DNA of 64,000 bases from IMG/VR virus record IMGVR_UViG_3300032313_001465, positions 32,001 through 96,000 of that record. One strand, written 5' to 3'. The notes under the pieces were generated by a model. It did not search any database. It saw nothing but the letters and a program-made list of their open reading frames with translations, and was not told the origin of the DNA. Both the position numbers and the translations under genes were made by a program. Below are positions 19,606 through 28,915 of this stretch, piece after piece (position 1 is the stretch's first letter; the number at the start of each line of letters is the position of its first letter). This DNA comes from a virus.

Positions 19606-20023
19606 ATGCTATATTTTAATTGGAATGCCCACAAGCGGAAAATCAACTTGGGCTAAAAAACAAGGATTGCCTATCATATCATGTGATGAGATAAGAAAAG
19701 AATTTGGAACTAATTACGATCCCGAACAGGAAAAAATGGTTTGGGATTGTTTTTATAAAAGATTACCTTTGTTTACAAAAAGTTTTATTGTTGATAACAC
19801 AAACAGTAAATCAGGTTATATTAATAAAATTAAAGAATGCTTAGGTAAAGACTTCGAAATTGAATACGTTTGGTTTGATATTCCACTATGGAAAGCATAT
19901 TATAGAAATGTAGTTAGGTATCTTATTCAAGGTAAGTGGATTCCATTTAAAGTATTAGATAGTATGTATAACAATTACAATAAATTAAAAAATCACAATG
20001 AAAAAGGTAAAACTTTTTGGTAA
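19598..20023 (+). CDS. Polynucleotide kinase-like P-loop kinase (AAA_33)
   Basis: GMPTSGKSTW, SCDEIR, VDNTN, RNxxR lid. Confidence 0.8.
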   Translation: MPKCYILIGMPTSGKSTWAKKQGLPIISCDEIRKEFGTNYDPEQEKMVWDCFYKRLPLFTKSFIVDNTNSKSGYINKIKECLGKDFEIEYVWFDIPLWKAYYRNVVRYLIQGKWIPFKVLDSMYNNYNKLKNHNEKGKTFW

Positions 20024-20603
20024 AAGTATAGGAGAATTTTCTGATGTATTCTTCTCTTCGGACCTGCACATAAATCATGAGCGAGTTATCACATTCGGTA
20101 GGAATTTTGAGAATGTTGAAGTAATGAATGATTATGTTATAGATGAGATTAATCGATTGTGTGATGCTGATTCATTATTAGTGCTTTTAGGAGATACTTT
20201 AATGATAGACAAAAATTATAACTCATTCATCTCTAAATTACAATGTAACTTAATTATGTTATATGGTAACCATTGTAACAGAAACAGATTCAACGAAGTT
20301 ACTGGAGAATGTTCTAACCGATTACTATATCATGGTGATTATTGTGAATTAGCAGTTGATAAACAAATATTTTGCTGCAGTCATTATCCTATGATGCATT
20401 GGAATTATCAAGATGAGGGTAGCATTAGTTTGCATGGACACACTCACGCATTTGAAAGTGATATTTTATATCAAATACATAAATACAAGTCACTTGATGT
20501 TGGAATTGATTCGTTTTATCAAAAATATGGGGTGTATTCGATATTTTCCTATTCAAACATAGTTGCTTACCTTAACAGCAATAAAACAGCAGACAGACAT
20601 TAA
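19998..20603 (+). CDS. Metallophosphoesterase (probable 2',3'-end healing)
   Basis: SDLH, LGD, GNH, SHYP, HGHTH, DVGID. Confidence 0.85.
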   Translation: MKKVKLFGKSIGEFSDVFFSSDLHINHERVITFGRNFENVEVMNDYVIDEINRLCDADSLLVLLGDTLMIDKNYNSFISKLQCNLIMLYGNHCNRNRFNEVTGECSNRLLYHGDYCELAVDKQIFCCSHYPMMHWNYQDEGSISLHGHTHAFESDILYQIHKYKSLDVGIDSFYQKYGVYSIFSYSNIVAYLNSNKTADRH

Positions 20604-20613
20604 AAATAAAATT

Positions 20614-21207
20614 ATGGCAAAAGAAACACTAATATACCAAGGCGACTCTAAGTGGTCAAGAAACGCATACATAAAGTTTGTAGATAATAAAATTGTATTT
20701 GATTGTTCTGATGGAGAGTATGGACCAATTGAAGTTGATATTCAAATGTTTTATGAAGCCGAATTAAAACATGCTCATGATATTCCAAATGAAGTGGATG
20801 ACTTGGAGGGGAAGGCTGAAATAGGTGAGGTTGAGACCCATTGGCTTACTGATGAAGATGTCTCAAATTTTTCAACTAACACCTACATGGATGAGTTGGA
20901 AAATCAAAACAAAAATCGCATATCGATATGTATGTCAAAAGAAGATACTTGCAATTGGACACTAGTTCGTGAGAAGGATGGTTTAACTAAGCAATCTAAG
21001 GATATAACGTGGATAGAATGGGATGAAGATGGAGCATTTAAGGCTCGATATAAGGAAATTGCGGTAGGTAGATCATTACTTATGTCACCATTTAATATAT
21101 ATTTTACTTGGCAAACCACACAAATAACTGAGATTTTGGAGGAAAAGGAACATTACATTAAGTTTAAAACACTTAATAGTACTTACGAACTTTTTAAATT
21201 AGTATAA
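20614..21207 (+). CDS. Hypothetical protein
   Basis: ATG 20614 preferred. Confidence 0.6.
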   Translation: MAKETLIYQGDSKWSRNAYIKFVDNKIVFDCSDGEYGPIEVDIQMFYEAELKHAHDIPNEVDDLEGKAEIGEVETHWLTDEDVSNFSTNTYMDELENQNKNRISICMSKEDTCNWTLVREKDGLTKQSKDITWIEWDEDGAFKARYKEIAVGRSLLMSPFNIYFTWQTTQITEILEEKEHYIKFKTLNSTYELFKLV

Positions 21208-21216
21208 ACAAAAGAT

Positions 21217-21459
21217 ATGGCAAAGGTAATTATTGAATTTGATCCAGTTGAAGAAGCAGAAGAACTCAGAGCTGCATTAGATGGATATAAGTATAAAAAT
21301 CTTATTTATGAACTAGATCAGAAATTACGTAGCGTATGTAAATATGGAGCTGCTATTGAAGGTACCGGAGAAGCAACTGAAGCAGAGCAAGATGCGTGTG
21401 ATAAACTAAGAGATATTATTAGAGAGATGTTACGAGAAGATAATTTAACAATAGAATAA
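21217..21459 (+). CDS. Hypothetical protein
   Basis: ORF track. Confidence 0.65.
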   Translation: MAKVIIEFDPVEEAEELRAALDGYKYKNLIYELDQKLRSVCKYGAAIEGTGEATEAEQDACDKLRDIIREMLREDNLTIE

Positions 21460-21460
21460 A

Positions 21461-22657
21461 ATGAATAAACTAGATAAACAATACACAGACCTACTTCAAG
21501 ACATCTTAGATAATGGAGTAAAGAAACAAACCAGAAATGGAGAAGTGCTATCAGTATTTGGAAGACAAATACGTCATAAAATGAGTGATGGGTTTCCTTT
21601 ACTCACAACTAAAAAGATGGCTTGGAAACAAATCGTAACTGAGTTGATATGGTTCTTACGTGGTGATACAAATATCAAGTATTTGGTTGATAACGATTGT
21701 CATATTTGGGATGGTGATGCTTATAAAAAGTTTACAAAAACTTATGAAAGTATAGATGGTGAGATTACACTACCTCCAGATGACTATATCAATGATGGTG
21801 GTGAGTTACTATCACAAGAAGAATTCATTAACAAAATCAAAACAGATGATGAGTTTGCTAGACAGTGGGGTGATTTAGGACCAATCTACGGTAAGCAATG
21901 GAGAAGATGGACTAAAAAGAAAATGTATCTATCAACCGATGGTTCATATGAGAACATCTATGATGAAGCTGACCAAACGGTTGTTGACCAAATATCAATC
22001 CTAATCAACGACCTTAAAACAAATCCTGATTCAAGACGATTAATGGTTAATGCTTGGAATGTAGGTGAATTAAGTCAAATGACTCTACCGCCTTGTCATT
22101 ATGGATTTCAAGTTTATACAAGAGAGTTGAGTGATGATGAACAGAGAGCTAGATGTCATCCTACAACACCTAACGCATGGGACGACTTAAAAGAGTTTGC
22201 TCGACTGACGGGTAATAGCGTTGAAGAAGCAGCAAAGGCAGTAAGAATATCAACCAGAGCAATCTCATTAATGTGGAATCAACGTTCAGTAGATACATTC
22301 TTAGGTTTACCATTCAACATAGCATCTTATGGATTGCTACTTGAAATAATCGCCAAGGCAGTTAATATGGTTCCAGATGAGCTTATTGGAAATTTAGGTG
22401 ATGTACATTTATATTCAAATCATGTTGAACAAGCTAAAGAACAAATTGGTAGAGAACCATATGGATTACCTAAATTGAACATCAACACAGAGTTTTGGCG
22501 TTATGAAGGTGGTGAGTGTGGTGAAGGACCTTTAGATGCAGCGGCTATTTTTGAATCATTTAAAAATGATGACTTTTGTAGATGCTTATTAGAAGAAGAC
22601 ATACAATTAGGTGATTATCAATCACATCCAACAATTAAAGCACCACTATCAAATTAA
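21461..22657 (+). CDS. thyA: Thymidylate synthase
   Basis: GFPLLTTKK, ELIWF, GPIYGKQWR, SRR, LPPCH, QRSVDTFLGLPFNIASY, DVHLY. Confidence 0.97.
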   Translation: MNKLDKQYTDLLQDILDNGVKKQTRNGEVLSVFGRQIRHKMSDGFPLLTTKKMAWKQIVTELIWFLRGDTNIKYLVDNDCHIWDGDAYKKFTKTYESIDGEITLPPDDYINDGGELLSQEEFINKIKTDDEFARQWGDLGPIYGKQWRRWTKKKMYLSTDGSYENIYDEADQTVVDQISILINDLKTNPDSRRLMVNAWNVGELSQMTLPPCHYGFQVYTRELSDDEQRARCHPTTPNAWDDLKEFARLTGNSVEEAAKAVRISTRAISLMWNQRSVDTFLGLPFNIASYGLLLEIIAKAVNMVPDELIGNLGDVHLYSNHVEQAKEQIGREPYGLPKLNINTEFWRYEGGECGEGPLDAAAIFESFKNDDFCRCLLEEDIQLGDYQSHPTIKAPLSN

Positions 22658-22726
22658 AAATGAAGAGTAACAAGACCTTCTTTCCTAATAATTCAGAACT
22701 AAGTCTTAAAACATTAAACGTATGAT

Positions 22727-23074
22727 ATGGAAATTAAAAAAATAACATACCAAGAAGTTAAGAAAGAATTTGAGGAACTAAAACCCGATCTATTAGATGA
22801 ATATGCTACCTACTTTGGTTGTTTCATCAAAGATGATTTAGTAGGAGTAGTATCTTATGTTGAGCATCCTGCTGTCATTTACTTGTGTCATGCCTATGTT
22901 AAAGAGGAACATAGAGAAAAAGGAATATACAAACTATTATGGAACTATAGAGATTCAAAAATCAAAGATTCCACCAAAATCATCTACGCTCACTGCAATG
23001 TAGATAGTCTAAAACACTTCATCAATAATGGATATAATATTGAGAAGGCACTATTCAAGGTAGTAAAAAAATAA
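22727..23074 (+). CDS. GNAT family acetyltransferase
   Basis: YVKEEHREKGIY acetyl-CoA motif. Confidence 0.8.
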   Translation: MEIKKITYQEVKKEFEELKPDLLDEYATYFGCFIKDDLVGVVSYVEHPAVIYLCHAYVKEEHREKGIYKLLWNYRDSKIKDSTKIIYAHCNVDSLKHFINNGYNIEKALFKVVKK

Positions 23075-23093
23075 TACATACGTTAAATCATGA

Positions 23094-23117
23094 ATGGGCC
23101 TGAGAAATCAGGCCCAT
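23094..23117. terminator. Strong 10-bp hairpin (GAAA loop) just upstream of promoter copy 6
   Basis: ATGGGCCTGA-GAAA-TCAGGCCCAT; no clear U-tract. Confidence 0.5.
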
Positions 23118-23123
23118 CATAAT

Positions 23124-23189
23124 GAGTCATATAAACGTCATATAAAGCGGTTGGCCTTCATGCAAATCGGTCGTATATTGATGTATAAA
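23124..23189 (+). promoter_or_regulatory. 66-bp early promoter element, copy 6
   Basis: GAGTCAT-N4-ACGTCAT...TTGGC...TCGTATATTGA. Confidence 0.85.
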
Positions 23190-23204
23190 TAAAAACGTAA
23201 AAAT

Positions 23205-23555
23205 ATGAAACGTACAGTAAATACAAAATTCTACGAATATTCACAAAACAATACTGGTGGTTCGTTTGAAAATTCTGAAACAGATGGAATTTGTGAATAT
23301 GTGATTATTGAAGCATTGAATGCAAACCATGCAAATGCGAGAGCAGAAGATATAGGACTTTATTTTGATGGATGTGAAAATGATATGGATTGTGATTGTT
23401 GTGGTGATAGATGGTACAGAGCAGATGAAAGTGATGGTTCTGATATTCCTTCAATATATGGTACTCCTTTAGAGGACGTGACAAAGACTTTATTTAGAGA
23501 AGAATGTTTTATTCATTATTTAGATGGTACTATTTCTAAAATTATTTTCAAATAA
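23205..23555 (+). CDS. Conserved phage protein with QNNxGG and CxCCGDRW motifs
   Basis: Motif recognition. Confidence 0.7.
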   Translation: MKRTVNTKFYEYSQNNTGGSFENSETDGICEYVIIEALNANHANARAEDIGLYFDGCENDMDCDCCGDRWYRADESDGSDIPSIYGTPLEDVTKTLFREECFIHYLDGTISKIIFK

Positions 23556-23556
23556 A

Positions 23557-24333
23557 ATGAAAAATTTACACTTAATAAGTACGGACAAATATTCTCCATT
23601 AGCATACTCCACAAATGGAGGTGGACACTTATTTAAAAGCGAACACTACTCACCAATGAAAGAAATGGGAGACTCTTACAAAAATATCTACATCACTTCT
23701 GATGAAGAAATTAAAGTAGGTGACTGGGTTTATTGTAACATAGAGGGTTTTGAACCTGTATTAAAACAAAAAGTTAATCCAATGGAAGTAAATAATAACC
23801 TCTTAATGAAAAAAATCATCGTAACAACAGACCAATCATTAGATGGTATACAAAGTATTGATGATGAGTTCTTAGAATGGTTCGTTAAGAATAGTAGTTG
23901 TGAGGAAGTGCAGGTAGTAACAGATAGAGTTTTTAGATTTGATGAATTTCATCAAAGAGAATTTTTTAATAGACACAAAATCATCATCCCTAAAGAAGAA
24001 CCTAAACTAAACTTATCATTATTAGAATCAAAACTTGATAAAGCACTATCTAAGGAAACAGAAGAATCTCTTACTGATTGGGTGAATGGAAAAAGAACTA
24101 AACAAGAAACACTTGAAGAACGAGCAGCTAGATATGATAATATAAAATTTCCAATACCTTATGGTTATGTTGGTGCAGCAAATGATTTTATTAATGGCTA
24201 TCAATTAGCACAAGAAAGAATGTATAGTGAGGAAGAAGTATTAGATATTTTAGATAAGTTTCTAACATCAATGGTTAAAGGTGAAAAAACAGGTTTAATT
24301 GAACAATGGTTTAATCAATTTAAAAAGAAATAA
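23557..24333 (+). CDS. Modular phage hypothetical protein
   Basis: NIYITSDEEIK, KKIIxTTD, IDDEFLEWFVKN, QETLEE, RMYSEEEV blocks. Confidence 0.7.
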   Translation: MKNLHLISTDKYSPLAYSTNGGGHLFKSEHYSPMKEMGDSYKNIYITSDEEIKVGDWVYCNIEGFEPVLKQKVNPMEVNNNLLMKKIIVTTDQSLDGIQSIDDEFLEWFVKNSSCEEVQVVTDRVFRFDEFHQREFFNRHKIIIPKEEPKLNLSLLESKLDKALSKETEESLTDWVNGKRTKQETLEERAARYDNIKFPIPYGYVGAANDFINGYQLAQERMYSEEEVLDILDKFLTSMVKGEKTGLIEQWFNQFKKK

Positions 24334-24337
24334 AATT

Positions 24338-24697
24338 ATGAACAAAGAATTTATTCCATACGAACAAGCACTAGTACTTAAAGAATTAGGATTTGATGAA
24401 CCTTGCTTTGGTTGGTGGTTTGCAGACGAAGAAATGCTTATTATAGATAAATCAACTAAATCTACATCTGAAAACATAATACAAGCACCACTATACCAAC
24501 AAGCATTTAAATTTTTTAGAGAGAAGTATAAGTTATCAGGAACACCTCATTACTTCACAGGTGGGTTTTATTGTTATACAATTAATGACATGAAAGACAC
24601 CAAAGAAAGTAATAGACTATTTACTGAGTTTGAAACCTACAAAGAAGCAGAACTTGAATGCCTTAAAAAATTAATAGAAATAGTTAAAAAGAAATAA
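24338..24697 (+). CDS. KEFIPYEQAL family protein A
   Basis: Tandem paralogue of 24699. Confidence 0.75.
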   Translation: MNKEFIPYEQALVLKELGFDEPCFGWWFADEEMLIIDKSTKSTSENIIQAPLYQQAFKFFREKYKLSGTPHYFTGGFYCYTINDMKDTKESNRLFTEFETYKEAELECLKKLIEIVKKK

Positions 24698-24698
24698 C

Positions 24699-25148
24699 AT
24701 GGATAAAGAATTTATTCCATACGAACAAGCATTAGAACTTAAAGAATTAGGGTTTAATGAACCTTGTTTTGGATACCATCTTAACAACGAGTTTCAATTT
24801 TTTGCTAATATAAGAAGTTGCAATAATAATTCAGAGTTTAAATTTTATCCAACTGCACCAACATTCTCTCAATGTTTCAAATGGTTTAGGGATAAGTATG
24901 ATTTAGTACACGAAATAAGTTGGAGTAAGTATAAAGGTGGATTGAATTTTGATTACGATGTTTTCAGTTTAGTTTTACCTACTGATGATGAATTAGGGGA
25001 TGAAGATGATATCGCATCAGATAAATCAATGGAAACATACGATAGTTTGGTTGATAAAGACTTTAGGCACCATGAGTCTAATACCTACGAAGAAGCAGAA
25101 CTTGCTTGTCTTAAAAAATTAATTGAAATAGTAAAAAATGAAAAATAA
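24699..25148 (+). CDS. KEFIPYEQAL family protein B
   Basis: Shares N-terminal, central and C-terminal blocks with 24338. Confidence 0.75.
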   Translation: MDKEFIPYEQALELKELGFNEPCFGYHLNNEFQFFANIRSCNNNSEFKFYPTAPTFSQCFKWFRDKYDLVHEISWSKYKGGLNFDYDVFSLVLPTDDELGDEDDIASDKSMETYDSLVDKDFRHHESNTYEEAELACLKKLIEIVKNEK

Positions 25149-25635
25149 AACACAAATGACACAAAAATTAACAGTAAAAGTAACCGAGGTTTTAAAAATA
25201 CATGAAATAGCATGTCCAAGATGGAAAGCAACCATCTCATCTTATCTATCTAGAATAGATGAAGATCAAAACATAACGTTTTTTCCTGAAGAAATTAAAT
25301 GTATGTTTAAAGCAGCAACCGAAAGTCAATTACCTGTGTTGGAAGAGGTATTTGGTAAAGTAGCAGTGGTAATAGAGTATGATAAATTAAAGACGGGATC
25401 TATTGTTAAATTACATAAAAATAAAAAGGGACAATGTGTTGGAGGTACTGGTGACATGGATCTATCTAAAACGGTGAATATAGTTTTTGCCAACACACCA
25501 CATTCAATAGATTTTCGGGGCAAATTCGTTAAAAAATGTTATTATGCTAGCTATTATACATTTGAACAAAATGGTGTTTTTGCAAGATATAGTTCTGATG
25601 AGTTGGATTACATAGCCGAAGTAATAGAATATTAA
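25138..25635 (+). CDS. Hypothetical protein with ACxxWK domain
   Basis: Domain shared with C-terminus of 31113. Confidence 0.65.
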   Translation: MKNKTQMTQKLTVKVTEVLKIHEIACPRWKATISSYLSRIDEDQNITFFPEEIKCMFKAATESQLPVLEEVFGKVAVVIEYDKLKTGSIVKLHKNKKGQCVGGTGDMDLSKTVNIVFANTPHSIDFRGKFVKKCYYASYYTFEQNGVFARYSSDELDYIAEVIEY

Positions 25636-25652
25636 TCATTTAAAACCGTAAA

Positions 25653-26100
25653 ATGACAGCAGATAGAATCAAAGAAATACAAATGGCAACTACTTATCCT
25701 GATAGTGTAAGTGTTCAACAAGCATTGTTACAAGTTTGGAATGAATGTGAGCAGGAGCACCAAAATAAAGCACATGATGTAACAAGATTTGAAGTTGTTA
25801 GTTGTGATGAGGAAGGCAGAGTATACACAAATTACAATTGCAAAGTGGTATTGTCTTATCAAGATGATGGCAAAACTTTAAAAGCATTTATCACCACAAG
25901 AAACAAATAAAAATATGAGAAAAATTACACAAATGTATAGTACAGCAAAGTCTGAGATCATGAGTTTTAAAAAGGAATTTGATGGGTTAGAAACCACAGC
26001 TTTAAAGGTTGTCGTAGGAGGTATCCTGTTTGCTGTGGCTCTATGGTTTGGTTTGTATGTATCTCTTTGGTTAATTGTAATATTACAGGGTTGTGCTTAG
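25653..26100 (+). CDS. Two hypothetical proteins (25653-25910; 25915-26100, membrane)
   Basis: ORF track. Confidence 0.55.
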
Positions 26101-26807
26101 ACACATAATATAGGGCCCAATTCAACGCTGTATAAACGCTTTAACGGCGGTAATGATAGGGAATAAGAATTATGGTGTGTGGAAGTAGATCGTTGGATAA
26201 GAGCAGGTAAATGCGGTGAGGAAAGGGTGTATGTTACCTGTATGCGGGATGGGGACCGTGGAGAGATGGAGGAAGGTAACCAATTTTTCGCGCGCTCGCA
26301 CCCTCTCCGTCGATAACCCTAAAAAAACGTTTCGGGCGCCCTAAACCTCTGTTTATAGCACACGAATAACTAACGCACTATAACATCTGAAAATATTTTG
26401 CAAAAAAATCGACTTTACTATCCTCCTAACATATGTATCGGCAGCAATTACGACGCGAGACATAAGTGTTGGCTACGGCGTAGTGAGTAGTAGATCCCAC
26501 CTCAGTGTGTATATGAATGATACGAACCTCACCTTCACAACAAATGCATCAAAATCGCAATATGCTACAATAAATTAAAGTAGATGGTCTTACCAAAACC
26601 ATTAGGTGTGATGTAACGCGATGCGAAAAGTACCTAACCCAAAACATTAGGATTAATACCCTACCACCATGTAAACCATATTACGGACCATTGCCCGTTG
26701 ACGCAATAAAATTTATATGCTATCTTACTGCCTGTGTTATTGATACACATATTGCTAACACTCTACATATACACGCTGTTCATATCCATGAACGGCTACC
26801 TTTGACT
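26101..26807. other. About 700-bp ORF-free, relatively GC-rich region with hairpins
   Basis: No ORF of 60 aa or more; G-rich then C-rich halves; hairpins such as 26775-26796. Confidence 0.5.
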
Positions 26808-26873
26808 ACGTCATAACTGAGTCATATGAAATGGTTGGCTAGGCGAAACACCGTTCGTATATTGATGTATAAT
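26808..26873 (+). promoter_or_regulatory. 66-bp early promoter element, copy 7
   Basis: Same consensus and spacing. Confidence 0.85.
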
Positions 26874-26888
26874 TAAAAATAACAAATT

Positions 26889-27476
26889 ATGAGTAAAATT
26901 AAAAAGAAACTAAAATTAGTAGATGTAAGTGATATTAAATCTGAAAAATGGTATTTTATTAAACATGATAATCCTAATAATCCATGTTATTTAGTTGAAG
27001 GAGATGATGCTCTTAGAATAATATTTAAATGGTGTGGATTTGATTTTGATGACAAAGAAAAAATGGATAAATTAGGAGGAATAAAATATCTACAAGAAAA
27101 TGATCCAATTCTTAATTTAGCAGAAGGATATGTTGAGAAACCAGGTAAAGGTAGAGGTAGAGGAATGGTTATTTTTGAATTATTTGAATATGAGGAAGGT
27201 GAAAAGAAAATCGATGATTTATTAGGATTAATACCTGGAAAAAGATATTATAGACATAAAAAATGTAAGAGTGGTGTTTATCAAGGGAGTTATTTGGTAG
27301 ATGGAGAGGAAGAGATTCGTTTTAAATATTCTTGGAACCATGATTATAATTGTACATTAATGGAGCTTCATGATAATGATATATGTTTTAAAAATGGAAA
27401 ATGGAGAGATTATACTGAATGTAATGAAGAATTTGATACTAGTTTATGGGATAAAATATATAATATTAAGAAATAA
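26889..27476 (+). CDS. Hypothetical protein
   Basis: Behind promoter copy 7. Confidence 0.7.
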   Translation: MSKIKKKLKLVDVSDIKSEKWYFIKHDNPNNPCYLVEGDDALRIIFKWCGFDFDDKEKMDKLGGIKYLQENDPILNLAEGYVEKPGKGRGRGMVIFELFEYEEGEKKIDDLLGLIPGKRYYRHKKCKSGVYQGSYLVDGEEEIRFKYSWNHDYNCTLMELHDNDICFKNGKWRDYTECNEEFDTSLWDKIYNIKK

Positions 27477-27488
27477 AAAATAACAAAT

Positions 27489-27698
27489 ATGAAATGGATT
27501 GAAACAAACAAATTGGCTCCCGAATTCGAAAAATTAGTGCTTGGTTATACTGATTCGAAGAAGATAGTTATTGTAAAATGTATTGAAAAAAGATCTCGTA
27601 AAAATGGTGACCAATACTATTGGGAATATGCTGAAGGAGAGGATTGTTATTGTTGTGTTACACATTGGATGGAATTACCATCCGCACCAGAAATGTAA
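27489..27698 (+). CDS. DUF551-like protein
   Basis: MKWI...P ... VTHWMELPSAP. Confidence 0.75.
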   Translation: MKWIETNKLAPEFEKLVLGYTDSKKIVIVKCIEKRSRKNGDQYYWEYAEGEDCYCCVTHWMELPSAPEM

Positions 27699-27758
27699 TA
27701 ATATAGTCATATCAGAGAGTTGGCAAATCGAAACACTGTTCGTATATTGATGTATAAT
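27693..27758 (+). promoter_or_regulatory. 66-bp early promoter element, copy 8
   Basis: ATGTAAT-N4-TAGTCAT...TTGGC...TCGTATATTGATGTATAAT. Confidence 0.8.
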
Positions 27759-27777
27759 AAAAATTAAAATAAAAAAT

Positions 27778-28236
27778 ATGAAAAATCAATTAATCCAAGT
27801 ATTAAACAGTGATATCCAAAGTGATGTGTTTTATGGTTCATTCCGTACCAAAGTAAAAGGTAAATATATTACAGTAAATGTATCTAACCACATTAAAGAC
27901 ACTACCAAAAAATATGAATTCAGAGCCGCATTCAAATGTAGAGCAGGATTCGTATCAATAGGTGATTATAATACAATACCATATGATGTTATTTCAAGAT
28001 GGGGCCATAATAACCTAATAAACGTTCAGGTGAAATCTGAAGGTGGGAATTGGTTTGATGTTTATACTACCAAAGGTGGTAAATGGTATTCAATTGATAA
28101 AGGATTTTTAGATGTTTTAACAGTTGGAATTATGAGAACATCATTCCCTGATATGTGTGATTATCATATTTGGGAAATTATGGACGCCAAAACATGGGCC
28201 GATAAAGCGTTTACACCAAACGTCATGGTTGCGTAA
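27778..28236 (+). CDS. Hypothetical protein
   Basis: Behind promoter copy 8. Confidence 0.7.
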   Translation: MKNQLIQVLNSDIQSDVFYGSFRTKVKGKYITVNVSNHIKDTTKKYEFRAAFKCRAGFVSIGDYNTIPYDVISRWGHNNLINVQVKSEGGNWFDVYTTKGGKWYSIDKGFLDVLTVGIMRTSFPDMCDYHIWEIMDAKTWADKAFTPNVMVA

Positions 28237-28285
28237 TATAAAAAATTTGGCGAAGCGGAATAGTGTTCGTATATTGATGTATAAT
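28220..28285 (+). promoter_or_regulatory. 66-bp early promoter element, copy 9
   Basis: ACGTCAT-N4-GCGTAAT... Confidence 0.8.
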
Positions 28286-28299
28286 AAAAAATTAAGAAA

Positions 28300-28521
28300 A
28301 TGATAAACGCAAAAACAAAAGCAGGAGAATTAGTATTAAAATTCATGAGGTTACAAGAACCTAATTATAATTGGTTCAATACAAGGTTAGCAGTAAAATG
28401 TGCTTTAATAACAGTTGATGAAATGTTAAATAACCCAAAGAACAATATGATGGATTTATCTGAGGAACTCCATGATGAATTTTGGAATGCAGTTAGAACA
28501 GAAATTAACCTTATTAAATAA
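28300..28521 (+). CDS. Hypothetical protein
   Basis: KAxEL...AxxCALITVDE...W..V..EI. Confidence 0.7.
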   Translation: MINAKTKAGELVLKFMRLQEPNYNWFNTRLAVKCALITVDEMLNNPKNNMMDLSEELHDEFWNAVRTEINLIK

Positions 28522-28522
28522 G

Positions 28523-28588
28523 TAGTCACATCTAAGTCATATGAAAAATTTGGCGAAGCGGAACAGTGTTCGTATATTGATGTATAAT
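28523..28588 (+). promoter_or_regulatory. 66-bp early promoter element, copy 10
   Basis: TAGTCAC-N4-AAGTCAT... Confidence 0.8.
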
Positions 28589-28602
28589 AAAAAAATAAAA
28601 AC

Positions 28603-28824
28603 ATGGCAACATTAATTAAAAAAGCAGTAGTACCAAAAATACAAGACATTCATAAATTCGAAATTGGTGAAGTGGTTGAATGGAGTAAACAATTCCATGA
28701 TGGCCGTAGTTATGAAACATGGAAATATTCAGGTGAGATTATCCGAATTAATCCTAAAACAGTTACTGTAGAGGATAGTAGTGGTAATATCTGGAGAGTA
28801 GGATATAAAGAAATTATTTTATAA
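28603..28824 (+). CDS. Small SH3/KOW-like protein
   Basis: FEIGEVV...GEIIRINPKTVTV...WRV. Confidence 0.6.
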   Translation: MATLIKKAVVPKIQDIHKFEIGEVVEWSKQFHDGRSYETWKYSGEIIRINPKTVTVEDSSGNIWRVGYKEIIL

Positions 28825-28890
28825 GTGTCATAACTAAGTCATACCGAAGGGTTGGCAGTTGTAAAAATGGTTTGTATATTGATGTATAAT
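28825..28890 (+). promoter_or_regulatory. 66-bp early promoter element, copy 11
   Basis: GTGTCAT-N4-AAGTCAT... Confidence 0.8.
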
Positions 28891-28915
28891 TAAAAATTAA
28901 ATAAAAATAAAGGTT

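Noticed and set aside
21461-22657. Intron or intein in thyA
   Set aside because: ORF is continuous; insertions are short and lack splicing motifs.
14850-25148. Diversity-generating retroelement behind the variable paralogues
   Set aside because: No reverse transcriptase and no adenine-specific TR/VR pair visible.
26217-26232. RNase P RNA (GAGGAAAG)
   Set aside because: Lacks GAGGAAAGUCC and a matching 3' P4 strand.
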